Below are positions 30,760-44,949 of a DNA stretch of 64,000 nucleotides, piece by piece; position 1 is the stretch's first letter; the number at the start of each line of letters is the position of its first letter. Location of the stretch: the NCBI GenBank assembly GCA_012295275.1, contig CM022676.1, positions 7,626,001 to 7,690,000 on the forward strand, written 5' to 3'. This DNA is from Chrysomallon squamiferum (taxonomy: Eukaryota > Animalia > Mollusca). Both the position numbers and the translations under genes were made by a program. The notes under the pieces were generated by a model. It made no database searches and was not told the DNA's origin. It saw nothing but the letters and a program-made list of their open reading frames with translations.

Positions 30760-31330
30760 TATCAAATCCGAACTAACCTACTAACTAGACTGTTATTCCT
30801 GAAATGGGCTGGATTTCATAATATACAATTTATGTAAAACAAAGAAACAAAAAAAGAACAAAAAAAAGAATAAAAACAAATAGAAAAAGGGACAGAGAGA
30901 ACAAAAAATATCTCGGCCAAACACAAAATAAGTTACGAGTAAGAACTGATTCTCACAAATACGATATTAATGGATGAAGTTGACATTCTTGTCGCCAAAT
31001 ATTTTGACCTACCTGGCCATATACTGGACGATCATTTTGAAATAATCCCAATACAGCAAACGCGAAATGTCGATTCAAAAAGTAAAACTGACCTTTTTAG
31101 ACTTAAGCGAAAAGCGTTTTGGATTCGCACATCACAAATACAAAAACCATTTGGAATAAATGTTGAATCTTTATATGAGAGAGATAAAATAATTTTTCCC
31201 ATACATTTATGACTGAGGCAACGTTGACATTGGTAAAATTTGTTAAGGTACAAGATTTTAACTTACAGATTACGATGACCAACCCAGTAACAGCATTTCC
31301 TGTCATAGTTTAAGAAAAAAACACAAATCA
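30760..31330 (+). mobile_element. Penelope-like retroelement 3' fragment (GIY-YIG endonuclease)
   Basis: Translates as KYLGQTQNKLRVRTDSHKYDI..VAKYFDLPGH...IIPIQQ...RLKRKAFWIRT...PFGIN, the typical C-terminus of Penelope GIY-YIG domains; frameshifted. Confidence 0.8.
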
Positions 31331-31845
31331 GTTCTAAAGGAATTTTAGTTTCTAACCGATTTTCTGAGTAACAGGCTTGTAACGAGTCGTTTCCGAAGCA
31401 TTTGCGAATTTATTCAGTAAAAAGTATGGAAATGTTTTCAAGTGATATGTTATTTTTTCCGATATTTTCCCCGGATCCCTACAGAGAAAATTGAATAGAT
31501 ACATATATATAATCACACATAAACTAAATGCATGGATGTATATATATATTTAATGTACGTATATTCATATATATGTGCATGTGTGTATATGTGTGTTTCT
31601 GTTTGTGTGTGTTAAAAGTTTTATGTACGTAAATAAATGTATTTTTTAATAATATGACCAAATCACACACTAACTTAAAAAACAGTGGTCAACCTTAAGT
31701 CGTCTGAAATCTCTAGAGATAAAATTAAATACAAACATACGTTCATACATACATACATCCATACATACATATATGTATATAAATACATACTTATATATCT
31801 ATATATGTGTGTATAAACATACATACATACATACATACATACATC

Positions 31846-31899
<54 letters not shown>

Positions 31900-32449
31900 T
31901 ACACAGTTACACATCGATATATGTATGAAAACACATTATTATGTGTATATGTGTGTATAGATATGCATAGAGCGAGAGATACGGTATATATAACAATATA
32001 CACTTAAACATAGTCACTTCTTAAACTGATATACATTAGTGTGCGTGTGTGCGCGCGTACTCCTATATCTTTATATATGTACTCACACACACACACAAAC
32101 ACACACATACATATATATTAATGCGATTATTTTTATCTCTGCACAATCTTTATATAAACGAAAACGTAACTTGATTCCACGTTTCAGATAATGAGACCGC
32201 GCCAGCAGCCGAACATGAAGACGCAGAGAATCCATATTCTACTATACAGAAAAGACGAAATGACGTCCCAGAAAACGTCATAACGCCTGACAGTAAGTGA
32301 ATTGCTATTAATGAATCGTAAAGAAGAAAACAAATATTGCTTTTTAATCATAGACTTCGTAAGACATTTTGATAAAAAAAAATAAAAAAAATAAAAAAAA
32401 TTAGGTTATTAAAGTCTCAGGCTAAATTCAGCAGCGAACAAACCAAAAC

Positions 32450-33070
32450 TGAGTATCAAATCCGTACTAACCTGCTAACCTAGACTGTTATTGATAAAAT
32501 ACGGTGGATTTCCTAAAATAAAGTATTTATTTATTTAAAACAATAAAAAAAAAAAATATTAAAAATAATGAAAAAAATAAAAAAATAAAATAACAAAAAC
32601 AAATAGAAAAAGTGATAGAGAGAGAGAACAAAACACAAAATAAGTTACGAGTTAGAACTGATTCTCACAAATACGATATTATGGGTGAAGTTGACATTCC
32701 AGTCGCCAAATATTTTGACCTACCTGGCCATATATTGGACGATCATTTTGAAATAATCCCAGTAGAGCAAACGCGAATTCTCGATTCAAAAAGTAAAACT
32801 GACATTTTTAGACTCCAGCGAGAAGCGTTTTGGATTCGCACATCACAAATACAAAAACCATTTGGAATAAATGTTGAATCTTCATATGAGAGAGATAAAA
32901 TAATTTTTCCCAAACATTTATAACCGTAGCAACGTTGACATTGGTAAAATTTAAGGTACAAGATTTTAACTTGCCCATTACTATGACCAACCCAGTAATA
33001 GCATTTCCTGTCATTGTTTACAGGAGAAACCACAAATCAAATGTAAAGGAATTATAGTTTCTAACTGATT
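32450..33070 (+). mobile_element. Second copy of the Penelope-like GIY-YIG fragment
   Basis: ORF 32612-32923 with PVAKYFDLPGH...IIPVEQ...RLQREAFWIRT...PFGIN; co-duplicated with the tail exon at ~1.68-kb spacing. Confidence 0.8.
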
Positions 33071-36000
33071 TTCTGAGTAATATGCCTCTATACAGTTATA
33101 TTTCCGAAGGATTTACGAATTAATTCAATGAAAGGTACTGAAATATTTTTAAAAGTTTTCAAAGCATATTTTATTTTTATTGAATGTTTTGGAATTCTTT
33201 TGTATTTATTTATTTATTTATTTTTATTATTCTTTGTATTTATTTTCTTCCTGAAATGTTATATTTTTTGCAGATTTCGAAATAGTTTGAAATAGATTTT
33301 CAAATGTATTTTTCTAAAGTGAATTTTATTAAATATTACAATGTTACCTGTTTTATAGTTGTGAGAAAGGATACTTTTTATAATAGTTTCACTAAATAGT
33401 TTTAAATAGATTTGACATATATTGTTTTGTTCTAGTAATGTATTTTTTTAAAGTTTTGTATAAAGCTTTAAAAAGTTTTATGTATGTAAATAAATGTATT
33501 TTTTAATAAGATGAACAAATCAGACAGTAACTTAGAAAACAGTGGTCAGCTTTAAGTCACCTCAAACCTCTAGAGATAAAATTAAATACATACACATATA
33601 CACACATACGCACTTGCATACATGCATCAATACATACATATTTGTACATAAATACATACTTATATATGTATATATGTGTGTATATACATATATACATACA
33701 CATACACACACACATATATATATATACATACATATATAGCACACGCATACATACGCACGGATACATACACATACATACATACGGACACATCGATAGAGCT
33801 ATAGAAAGACATTCTTACGTCTGTGTATTTATATAGTTATATAGATAGATAGATAGATAGACAGACAAATATGTATATAAATAAACAAATAGAGATAATG
33901 TATATGTAAGAAATACACACTTAAGCATACTGACTTTAACTTATATGTGTGTATGCGCGCGTGTGTATTTATTTATATATATATATATATATACACACAC
34001 ACGCGCACATTATTGCGATTATTGTTTTGCTCCGTTCCTGACAACCTTTATATAAACTAAAACATAATTTCATTTCATGTTTCAGACAATCAGACAGAGA
34101 CATCAACTGTGCCTCAAGTAAAAGAGAATCCATATTTTCGTGTATTCGTTTCTCAACCATAAAGAAGAAAACCGTGATTATTTGTTAAAACACTTTCCTA
34201 AAAAATTAAACAAGGTTAAATTGTTAAATGACTTTATTAAAATATAACGACTGTATATATTCAGTTTCTACAGTTGACACCAGATTTGAACTATGTAAAT
34301 AGCTACCTGTGAGAAATGTTATAAACATTTTAATGAGTTTCTAATCGCGAATTTCTACCATTCATTAATATTGTGTGAATTGTGACTGTAACTATGTTAA
34401 ACTCAGGGAATATTTGTCACGTAAAATTAAAGTATCTACACACTTACACATTGAAGAAAGAAACAAATTTGATCGATCTCAGTAATGTCTTTCTGCGATG
34501 ATGTCCAAGAAATGAAATATTACTCACATTCGCTATTTTATTTTAGGTTTTTTTTTCTTTCTTTGTATTTTTTTCTCTAACGTGGGATCGTGACGTCACG
34601 AAAGTGTCTATTATCTTGTATAATACGAGAAATGAAATTCCTGGCTGTCAGTGGTAGAATAAATCTATATTTACAGTTTTCTGTACTAACAAGAGCATCT
34701 GCTCCTCTGCTTGGTAACCCTTATCTATTCAAGGTTTGATTTTTTGTCATACTTTTCACTTGTTAATATTTTTGTACTCAATTTAGACTGAATAAGGCAT
34801 AGTTCTATATGATGATTTTATGATGATATTGGTAAGAGTTGGAGGAGTGTACCCTTTTCCATAGATTTATGGCGTACGAACGATTTTTTTCAAATTCAAA
34901 TAAACGTGTCGGATTGCGTTTAAAATTTACGAATACATGCTATGACATCAAAACTGCAAGAGAATATTTATACCCTAAACAAATGAAAAACTGACATCTG
35001 AGAATGTAATATACTGTGCATTATGCTTTTTAAAACATTGTTTCTGCGTCTGCATATTGCTGCATTTGTATCTGGTAAAGTGAATTATGAGCATGCAGTT
35101 AGAACAGGAAACAGTGCAAGGAAACTGATGTAACTACTAAACTAATATTTACTATGTTTTGTTAATTATGTTATCTAACTTCATAATATAGCAGTTTGTT
35201 TCTGTGCACGTGGTTGTATATATACTTTTCTTTGTGATAGTAAACATATTTTCCAATTCTCTGTTATATTTTACTATTTCCCTTCTTACTCTAAAATAAA
35301 GTTTTAATTTTTGTTTTCTAAATCTGTTCGTCTGTTTGTGTGTCTTTTTTCATTTAACACTTTCTCCATCGATTTTTGTACTTCAGCCATTCTGATTTTA
35401 CACACCTCTCATCATTTTTATTCTTTCTGTAATTCTGTATTTTTCTGTTTCTCTACCTGATTTATCTTTCATTCTTTATATTTTTGTATCCATATATCCG
35501 TCCATCCATCCATTCACTGCTTCAGTATGTGTAAATATATAATTATGTATGTAACAACGTATGTGTACATCTATATGCATACGTATACACAAATACATAG
35601 ATACATTCACATAAAACACATAGCACATACACAGGGCAAACAATAACGTACATCCCTAGAAAAAGTACCTACTTACGCACATTTATTCATACATACATAC
35701 ATAGAGAAACATATACATATATTCATTGTATGTGTTCTCTCGGTGTGTATGTGTGTTTGTTCAAAAACTTCGTCACTCGGGCCTATCAGGTGAACAGACT
35801 TGAAATGCATTGGTTCTTAACCATCATACTTTGTTAAATACCAAGTATATGCGCATTCGTACAACCACATAGTGACAAGTCGTTTTTTTGAGTAAATTTT
35901 TTAACTTTTTTCTTTATTAACGGCAGTGAAAAGAAGAAACTAGAGAAGAAAATGTAACAAAAATTAAAACTATTTTTATATCAACAGCAGTGAAAACTAA

Positions 36001-36779
36001 AATAATGTTGATCGTTACAGCTAACACGAGTTTTTTTATTTAGATACTTAAGATCCAATAGGCCAGTCCGTTGTACTCTTTATGTAACATTATATTATTT
36101 TACAGTGAAATAGATTACTTAAAACTGAATTACCTTACACTACATGATGTCGTATCATAGTGTATTACATTATATTACAATGTATAGTAGTATATCATAC
36201 TGTATAACGTTACTTTAATTTAAATTAAGAATCAAACGAATGTTTTACATGTGAAACAAAAAGTAAGCATGCTAACATAGGTAAAGAAAAGAAAAGAAGG
36301 AAGAATTTAAAACAAGAAAGTAGCTAAGAAAGTTTATTTTTATTAACGTGAAAACTAAAATAGTGGAAATGAGTTGTAAGTTATTCAGTTTGTTCATGTT
36401 AGTGGGATGGTTATTGTACGTACAAGGTATATGTTTTATATTCAGATTATTTATCTCTATCTGAGTTAATCTCGTTTCATTTACGAACTGTGAAATCTGA
36501 GTGGGGTCGAGTTACCTATAGGTGACGGTCATGACCCGGAAATTAGAAAACTTGGTTTCATGATTACGTTGATAAAACAGTACACAGAGATGTAAGTTTA
36601 CTGTATATAATTTCTTTATACACTAAACATCAGTGGTTTCCTATTCTGAGGCAAAACATTATCTAGATTAAATTGAAATGAACAACAGTGCTAATAATAC
36701 AATTTAAAGTAATGTCATACAACAAAATCCAATATTATACGATATGATATCATACGAACAAAATAGAAACAAACTACAA

Positions 36780-38095
36780 TAACTTGGCAGAAAGAGTATT
36801 AGGTGTTTTGGGTTACATTTTTTCCGCGTCTTTTTCCATCGATGACTGGTTTTAAATAAAATGTAGAGTCACAACACACCACAATAAAACTGACCAGTCA
36901 TGTCATGACGTAAGAAACAAAACTTGACAAACGTCCATGTTGCCTATGGTACATCACAATTCAAAATGGCCGTCCATTATATCTCTGCAACACCCAATTT
37001 ATTATGAAATATCAACTTATTTCCAGTACTTTAGTTTTCAAAATTAAAATAACCAATTTACCACCATCCTCTGTAAATATCACTGGATCTGTCTCTCCGA
37101 CGACTTCAGCAAGAATAATTCAGAACTTTGAGGAGCAGCTGCATATGAAAGATTATTTACACAATTACATCTTTTTTTTTTCCTGTTATCGGAAATCTAT
37201 CCATAACATTACAAAGTGAAAGAGTATGGAAACTGTCGTGTATTCTTCAGTGTTAAAGGAGAGAAGTGAAAAATGTTTTCATGAAAAGAAAAGCTGAAGA
37301 AATATATTGAGTAGACTTTTTATGTATTATCAGTTGTTTCATGTCAGGTGTGCTGAGGTTTGTTTTTCTTTCAAAATCTAGAATGGAAGTCGAGTTTAAA
37401 AAGATAAATTATCATAAACGTCCACGAATTTAACAGTCAAATTTCAATCTGTTATTTACACTGTTCATCATAGTGTTTGATAGTAATGATAAAATACATG
37501 TTGTGTTCTCTCTCTGTTTGTGTGTGTGGTCTGAGAGAGAGAAATAAAGAGAGTGTGTATACATGAATGAATATATGTATATGTGTGTGTTTATGTATGT
37601 GTTTATATATATGAATAAATGTGCATATGTATGTCTTTGTATAAGAATGTATGTCTGTCTGTACATACGTAAGTATGTACGTATGTATGTGTGTATGCAT
37701 GTGTGTATGCATGTGTGTATCTATGTATGTGTATACGTATGCATATATATGCACACATACTTTCTTACATACATAGTTATATATTTGAAAATATCTAGAC
37801 AGTGAGCTGGTGGATGGATGGATGGATGGACGGGTCAATCGGTAAAGAATTAAAAAGAATCAGACAGTGATTATTAATTATCAGCTATGTATAAAATGAA
37901 TTACAGTGTATCATTATCACCTTTGCACAATGGCTGTTTGTCAAGTTTTGTATCTTAAATTGTGACGTGACTGATCAGTTTTACTCTGTTGTGTTGTAAC
38001 TAACTCTACATTCTAATCAAAACCAGCCATGCATGGGAGAAGACGCATAACAAATGTAACCCAGAATACCTTATACGCCTTCTGCCAATTTACTG
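36780..38095. repeat. Dispersed ~170-bp segment present in inverted orientation at 36780-36955 and 37930-38095 (third copy ~20235-20400)
   Basis: TTGGCAGAAAGAGTATTAGGTGTTTTGGGTTACAT...CTTGACAAAC is the diverged reverse complement of GTTTGTCAAGTTTTGTATCTTA...ATGTAACCCAGAATAC...TTCTGCCAA. Confidence 0.7.
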
Positions 38096-38136
38096 TATTT
38101 TTTCTATTAATTTCGGTTTAAAGGGGAATGTGTGTC

Positions 38137-38195
<59 letters not shown>

Positions 38196-38311
38196 AAAGT
38201 GTATATCTATATATCTATACGTAATTGATAAGTCCTTGTGTGTATGCACCTATAATATACACATATAATTATATTAAAATGTACAGTAAGTTTCAGTTTT
38301 TTCTTGTTGTC

Positions 38312-38377
<66 letters not shown>

Positions 38378-38859
38378 GTGTAATAGTTTACAGTTAATTA
38401 GAAAAAAAAAATCATCTCTTATTTTTCTCTTTCACTCTCAGAGTTCTTTATTTTGGAATATTGTTAATCATTCATTCGTTCATCTGTCTTTCTTTTCCTG
38501 AGTATATTCTTCTCTGCATTATTACAGACTATCCTCGAAATGAATGCGCACTTACATACATTTAAAGTACAAGCACACTTGATAAAAATAACTACCTCAG
38601 CCGCCATATTGTTTTTCTTAATTGCTAACATTTGTAAAACTAGAAGCAAATTTTCCTATTTTTAAACCTAACGTGAAAACATTTCGCGAAAATTCGAAAC
38701 AAACAAGGAAGGAAAACCAAATGACGTAGTTGTATACGTTGACCTTTACTACTGACGCAAGTTTCTATATTTAGATTCTTGGGCTTAAGTAGACCAGTAT
38801 TGTCGATCATTTAAAGCATAACATGACATAATAATAATAACAACAACAACAACAACAAC

Positions 38860-38903
<44 letters not shown>

Positions 38904-38981
38904 AACGTAACATATAACCTAGAAAAAGTTTAGTTTAGTTTAGTATAACTGAATTGAAATGAACTGAATTATTATTATTAC

Positions 38982-39033
<52 letters not shown>

Positions 39034-40566
39034 CATGAAACAAGCAACACTGATTTAACAGTTTACAGTTAATTAGAAAAAATTATCTCTTAATTTTCTC
39101 CTTGCCTCAGTTTTTTTTATTAAGTACTGTTAATTATTCATTTATTTATTCATTCTGCTGTCTTTCTTTTTTTCGTTATGCTGTTCTGTGAATTAACATA
39201 TTCTTCCATCCGTATATAACATCCTCGAAATGGATGCGCACTTACATAGATTTAATATACAAGAACACTTGATAAAATTAACTATCTCTACCGCCATATT
39301 GTTTTTGTTAATCAAGTTGCAAATATTCCTATTTTTACACCTAACGTGACTACATTTCGTGTAGATTCGAATACAAGCAAGGAAGGAAAACCGGGGTTAA
39401 AGTGACGTAGCTGTACACGTTGACCTTTACTGCTGACACACATTTCTATATTTAGATACTTAGGCTTATATTCTTGTTTCCTTTGTTACTCCGTAAGACA
39501 CGCCCCTTTAGTTTTTCTTACTGCGTCTTACAAGCTAATATACAAAATGGCGGAATCGGTTGCAGACGTCGTAGGTGATCTAAATGTATTCCAGATGATG
39601 TATCGGTTTCGTATCTTCCTGAGAGCTCGAGCCTTTCCAGGAAAACAATATGGCTGTGTGGAAATAGCGCGCTTTCATTGGTTGATGTTCCGAAGTGATT
39701 TTGTTTCCTGGGGAAATTTAAGAAAAAGAGAAAAATTTGTCATTGTTTTCTTCTGTTGTATTATTGTATATTACTAATACATTATAGTTAGCTTTCTATA
39801 AGTGTAGAGAAATAATATTGAGATCTGTTGTAGTCTTTCTGTAACATTATATTCTTTCACAGTGAAACAATTATTTAACATTGAAATATTTTATATTATA
39901 TTACTATACTATATTCTATGACATTACTTTAAATTATAAAAGGAATAAAACGGGTGTTTTACTTGTGAAACAAAAAGTAAACGAGTTAACATAGCAATAA
40001 TTAAAAAAAAGAAAAGAGATGAAAGAAGAAAAAAACAAAAATAAAAGGAAGATGTGTTTATTAATGGAAGTTAATTTAAAACAACAAACACACACAATAT
40101 AATGAAGTATGTGTTTATTATTAATATGTATGTAGCGTCACACACGCATATATTAATCGATTATTGTTATCTCTGCACATAACAATTTGTATATGAACAA
40201 AACATAATTTCATTCCATGTTTCAGATAATCAGACTGCGCCAGCAGCTATACATCAACATACAGGAAATCCATATTCTTCTCTAGAGGAAAGAGGAAATG
40301 ACAATCCATATGAGTCTTAATGTTTAATAGTAAAGGAACTGATATTAATTAGTGATAGAGAAAAAAAGGTGTTAGACACTTTCATGAAAAATTTAAAAAT
40401 TACTGTTATGATGTACTAAAATTCGATATATTCGGTGACTTTGGATAGTGACGTGGATGTTCGTAAATGCTCTGAATAAATAGCCTTAGAATAGAAACAT
40501 AAACACTAATTCCTTTTTTATTTTTCATATTCAGCTTATAGTGTGTATATGTGTTCTTTATATATA

Positions 40567-40598
<32 letters not shown>

Positions 40599-41389
40599 CA
40601 TATCAACACACACACATACACACATACATCAATGTATCTTTAGAAAAACATTCTTACGTGTATATGGGTGTGTGTATGCATGTATAGATAGATAATAGAT
40701 AGATAGATAGATAGATAGGTAGGTAGATAGGTAGGCAGTTAGGTAGGTAGGTAGATAGATAGAAAGATAGTTAGATGATACATAGAGAGATAGAAATACA
40801 GACAAACATACAGGTAGATAGATGGACAGATAGATATATATATAGAGAGAGAGATAAAGCCTTTCTAAAAATGTATACACATATACTCAGAGAAATACAC
40901 ACACACACACATACACACACATATTAATGCGATTATTGTTATCTCTGCACATAACAATATGTATATAAACGAAAACATAATTTCATTCCATGTTATATAC
41001 ATACATACACACACTCATGCGCGCAGACATATATATATATGTACGCATATACATACAAATATTCTTAAATATACATTAATATACACAGCCACCAGACACA
41101 TACATGAAAGTTTATATAAGCCAAAACATAATTTCATTCCATGTTTCAGATAATCAGAGTGCACCAGCGATTGTACATCAAGACACAGATAATCCATATT
41201 TTTCTCTAGAGAAAAGACGAAATGATGTTACATTTGATATAACCAAGCCTGATAGTAAGTGAACTTATATTAATGATAAAGAAGAAAAGGAGTATTCTTT
41301 TTTAATCATACACTTCGTTAGACACTTTCATGAAAAGTTAATCATGGTTCAGAAAATCTCAGGATAAACTCAGTAGCGAAAAATCAAAA

Positions 41390-41600
41390 CTAAATATCAA
41401 AACAGAACTAAAGACTGTGATTTCAAGAATATTGTGTGTTTCCTAACATGAAACGTATATAGAGGAAAAAATATCTGTACGTCAGCAAAACACGAAGTAC
41501 GTTGCGAGTTAGGAAACGTATTAGGGATGAAGTTGACATTGCTGTTCCCCAGACATTTTAACCTACCCGTCGATATTATAACCGTGATTATTGTTTCACT
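41390..41600 (+). mobile_element. Third, more degenerate Penelope-like GIY-YIG fragment
   Basis: DCDFKNIVCFLT..TLRVR..DEVDIAVP..HFNLP-like pieces across frames, at the same position after a tail exon as the other two copies. Confidence 0.6.
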
Positions 41601-43639
41601 GGTTATTATTTTGTTGTAGAACTACATTGTGGAATGCAGTTTGGGAGCAATGTTCCTGTGACGCCAACGACATGTAATAAATAGCATTTTACGCGAGTTA
41701 CTCTGGCGCTAATTACATGTAGCACTGATATATATATAAATAGATCATCGCAGTAGCGTACTATATATATCTTCTGTGTCGAAGGTGTTTACCTTTTAGG
41801 TATTTGACATTATTTACACTTATATAATTTCGCATACATTGATGAGCTAGTTAGGTACATGCACGTAATGAACAAAATAAACTGACATTCATATTTCTAC
41901 CAAAAATGTCATTTATCGTTATTCATATGTGCATTAAATATATCCAAATGTATAGATTCATTTAGATAGTAAATGCACGTAATAACATTGTATTCAATTA
42001 GGATGGCACATAGATATATTGTATAGTAGATATCGGTATGCACTAAGATAATCAATACATGTAATAAAGATTTTATAACAAACATGGTTTAAAGGTACTT
42101 ATCTAAATACAAAAATGAAAGAGAGACGAGCCGAGTGTTTATTCCTGGTCAGCCAAGTGCGTTGTAACTGGACAGCTGAACCTTGAACCTTGAACCTTGA
42201 ACCTTGAAAAACAGTACCGTGCTAATCAGAGCAAGCTGTTGTGACGCACGTCTACGACGGGCACACTTTCTGACAGGTCGTCGGGCGTGTTCGTCGCAGA
42301 AAAGAGTTTTGGGTAAGGAAAGAGAGTCTGGACACTGGTCTGTGCGTTATTTTATAGCACTCGGCTCATATCGTTACGTATTTATGTACTTAGGTCTTTT
42401 ATTTATTGTCAGGATTATTGCCGTAATCAATCTACTCGGAATAAGACATCTTTTGTTTACAGCGGTCCTAGTGTTAATTGCAGTCGAACTGTCACAATTT
42501 TAAATTAATTATATGTCTGTTGTTAGATTGGATGGATTGTAACTTGACGACTTTGGCGTTTATAACTTACGTTGCTAGAGTTAAATATATTTGATTTTAA
42601 TCTGCTTATGGCATGTCCAGTCGAGGCATTTTTCCCCACTGTCAGAATATGATAGAGGATCATTTTGTAGCAATCCCAAAAGATCAAACTACCATTCTCG
42701 GTTATTTATATATGCACATCCATTAATAAGATATTTTTTCCCAGCACATCACGATATTGATATAAACCAAAACAAAATTTCATTTCATGCTTCAGATAAT
42801 CCGACTGTGCAGGTGGCTGTACGTCAAAGTACAAGAAAACCATATTCTTCTAACAGGAAATGACGTCTTAATGCTTGATAGTAAGTTAATTGATATTAAT
42901 AAATGATAAAGAACAAAACGAGTATCGTTTCCACCCACTTATTTAAACATGTTCATGAAAAAATTAAACAAATTTGCCTTAGTGTGATGAGGTGCAAGAA
43001 ACGAAAACTCAACATTCACGATGTTTTAGAGAGGAAAGATCCATATAATTATTATTATATGTCCTATGAAACAGAAAGCCAGTATGCTGCGGCAGTACTG
43101 ACTAATACATACATGTATGTGTGCGTGTGTGCGTATGTGTGTGTTATATATACACATGCACACTTACACATCGCTGTATTTATACAAACACTTTCTCAAT
43201 TGTTTTGATGTGTGTATGTGTGTATGTTTCATTTCATGTTTCAGATAATCAGACTGCGCCAGCGGCTGTACATCAAGATACAAGTAATTCAAATTCTACC
43301 CTAGAAGAAAGAGGATATGAAATCGCATATGACGTCTTATAAAGTTTGATAGCAAATGAAGTGATAGCAGTGAATGACATAGAAGAAAACAAGATGATTA
43401 GTTAATCTTCGGAAGGCACTTTCATAAAACGTTAAATCCAGGTCAAATTTTTAAATGTTTTTATTAAAATGTAAAGACTACATCATTTTAGTTTCTACAG
43501 TGACAACAGATTTGAACTGTGTAAATATCTACCTGTGGGAAATTTTATAAACATTTCAATGAGTTGTTAATCGAGAATTTCTGCCATTCATTGCTTGTTT
43601 GAATTGCGACTGTAACTGTCAAACTTAGTCATAACAATT

Positions 43640-43775
43640 CATATCATAGCATAACATAACATGACATGACATAACATAACATAACATAACATAACATAAC
43701 ATAACATAACATAACATAACATAACATAACATAACATAACATGACATGACATGACATGACATGACATAACATAAC
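43640..43775. repeat. (ACATA/ACATG)n pentanucleotide microsatellite
   Basis: Direct inspection. Confidence 0.95.
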
Positions 43776-44491
43776 ATGCAGCCACATAAAATAAGGATGT
43801 GTCCATCGAAATAAGGATCCAAACCCAATTAGCGGTAACCACAAAACAGGACCTGGGACCTATAGGTTACCACAGATTTATCAAATTTACGATTCCCATT
43901 ATTATTGTTGTGACATCCCTTACATACATGCGTGGTGAACAGTATAATATATTTGTTATTTATCCATATCACTGTTCTCATTGTATTAATACTTTGTGTA
44001 TAGGTATAGTGTACTGCATTCAGTAACTAAACAATACAATAAAACAAATCATGGCAATATGTGTTGTTTTTATTGTTTCACTTAACTCATCAAACAATAC
44101 TGATATGAGAATCTGAATGATGAACTTGTTTCAGTTAGCACTGTGAGTTGTTACTTCGAGCATCAGCCAAGTCCTCTGAATCTGATGTTGTAACAGCAAC
44201 AAAGTAGCATGTTCATGTTGATCTATCAGTTCATTACTTCTATGTTTAATTTTTCGAACAACAACAATAACGTATGTATTCTTTTTACAGTATTTTATGT
44301 CATCGCCTGAGCAATATATGTATGTGAAATGTTCATGTGCCATATAAAGAGAGGAGTATTTCCCAAAGAGAGAAGTACTTTTGAGTATCCAATTAAAGTG
44401 TTTACAGATGACACCAAACCTCATTTCATATTTTATTTTGCATCCAGTTTGTTGCACTACTGACTGCTACACACACACACACAGACACATA

Positions 44492-44543
<52 letters not shown>

Positions 44544-44733
44544 TCCCAGTAACGAACAACATATGAAATACAGACAATCTGACTGGATGTTGAATTTATT
44601 TGTACACATTATTTCATTGACACAGCATTTCTGAATGTAGCCATCAGAAACACGTTGTCATGATGTCAACGTTGTTACTTTATTGTCAACTAATGAAATG
44701 GAGGGGTACATCTACCAAAATGAAGTGAGGGGT

Positions 44734-44949
44734 TCAATAATTGTGTGCACCAGTGGCAGTGATGACAGCAGTACATTGTCGTCTCATGCTTCTAATGAGA
44801 GCATCAATCTCAGAAACAGCAACTGCGTTCCATTCACGGTTCAGAGCAATTTGTAGGTCATGGACATTAAGGATACCAGGATGGTTTTCGCGTACCCTAC
44901 AGCGCAGTAGGTCCCATGCATGTTCAGTTGGAGACAAGTCAGTTCTCAA
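44734..44949 (-). mobile_element. Tc1/mariner transposase C-terminal remnant
   Basis: DLSPTEHAWDLL...LQIALNREW...IDALIRSMRRQCTAVITATGAHNY matches the Tc1 pattern SPDLNPIEHxW...LxxEW...LIxSMxRRCxAVIxAxGGxTxY. Confidence 0.9.

Larger units (their letters stand above)
24404..34162 (+). pseudogene. IgSF receptor copy A (decaying, or a 3-Ig variant)
   Basis: Leader from the array, Ig1 26334-26642 (F-strand WRC changed to WRY), Ig2 27408-27668, dead Ig3, Ig4 28437-28697, TM 28990-29106, 30-nt exon 29554-29583 (31 nt in copy B, so the tail is frameshifted), 29901-29938, tail exons 30509-30613 and 32188-32292, terminal 34086-34162. Confidence 0.65.
36369..43342 (+). pseudogene. IgSF copy C remnant: leader and tail exons only
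   Basis: Intact leader 36369-36426 (MSCKLFSLFMLVGWLLYVQG); tail exons 40226-40329 (1-nt deletion), 41150-41254, 42796-42880 (internal deletion), 43245-43342 (..EERGYEIAYDVL*). No Ig or TM exon seen between them. Confidence 0.7.
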
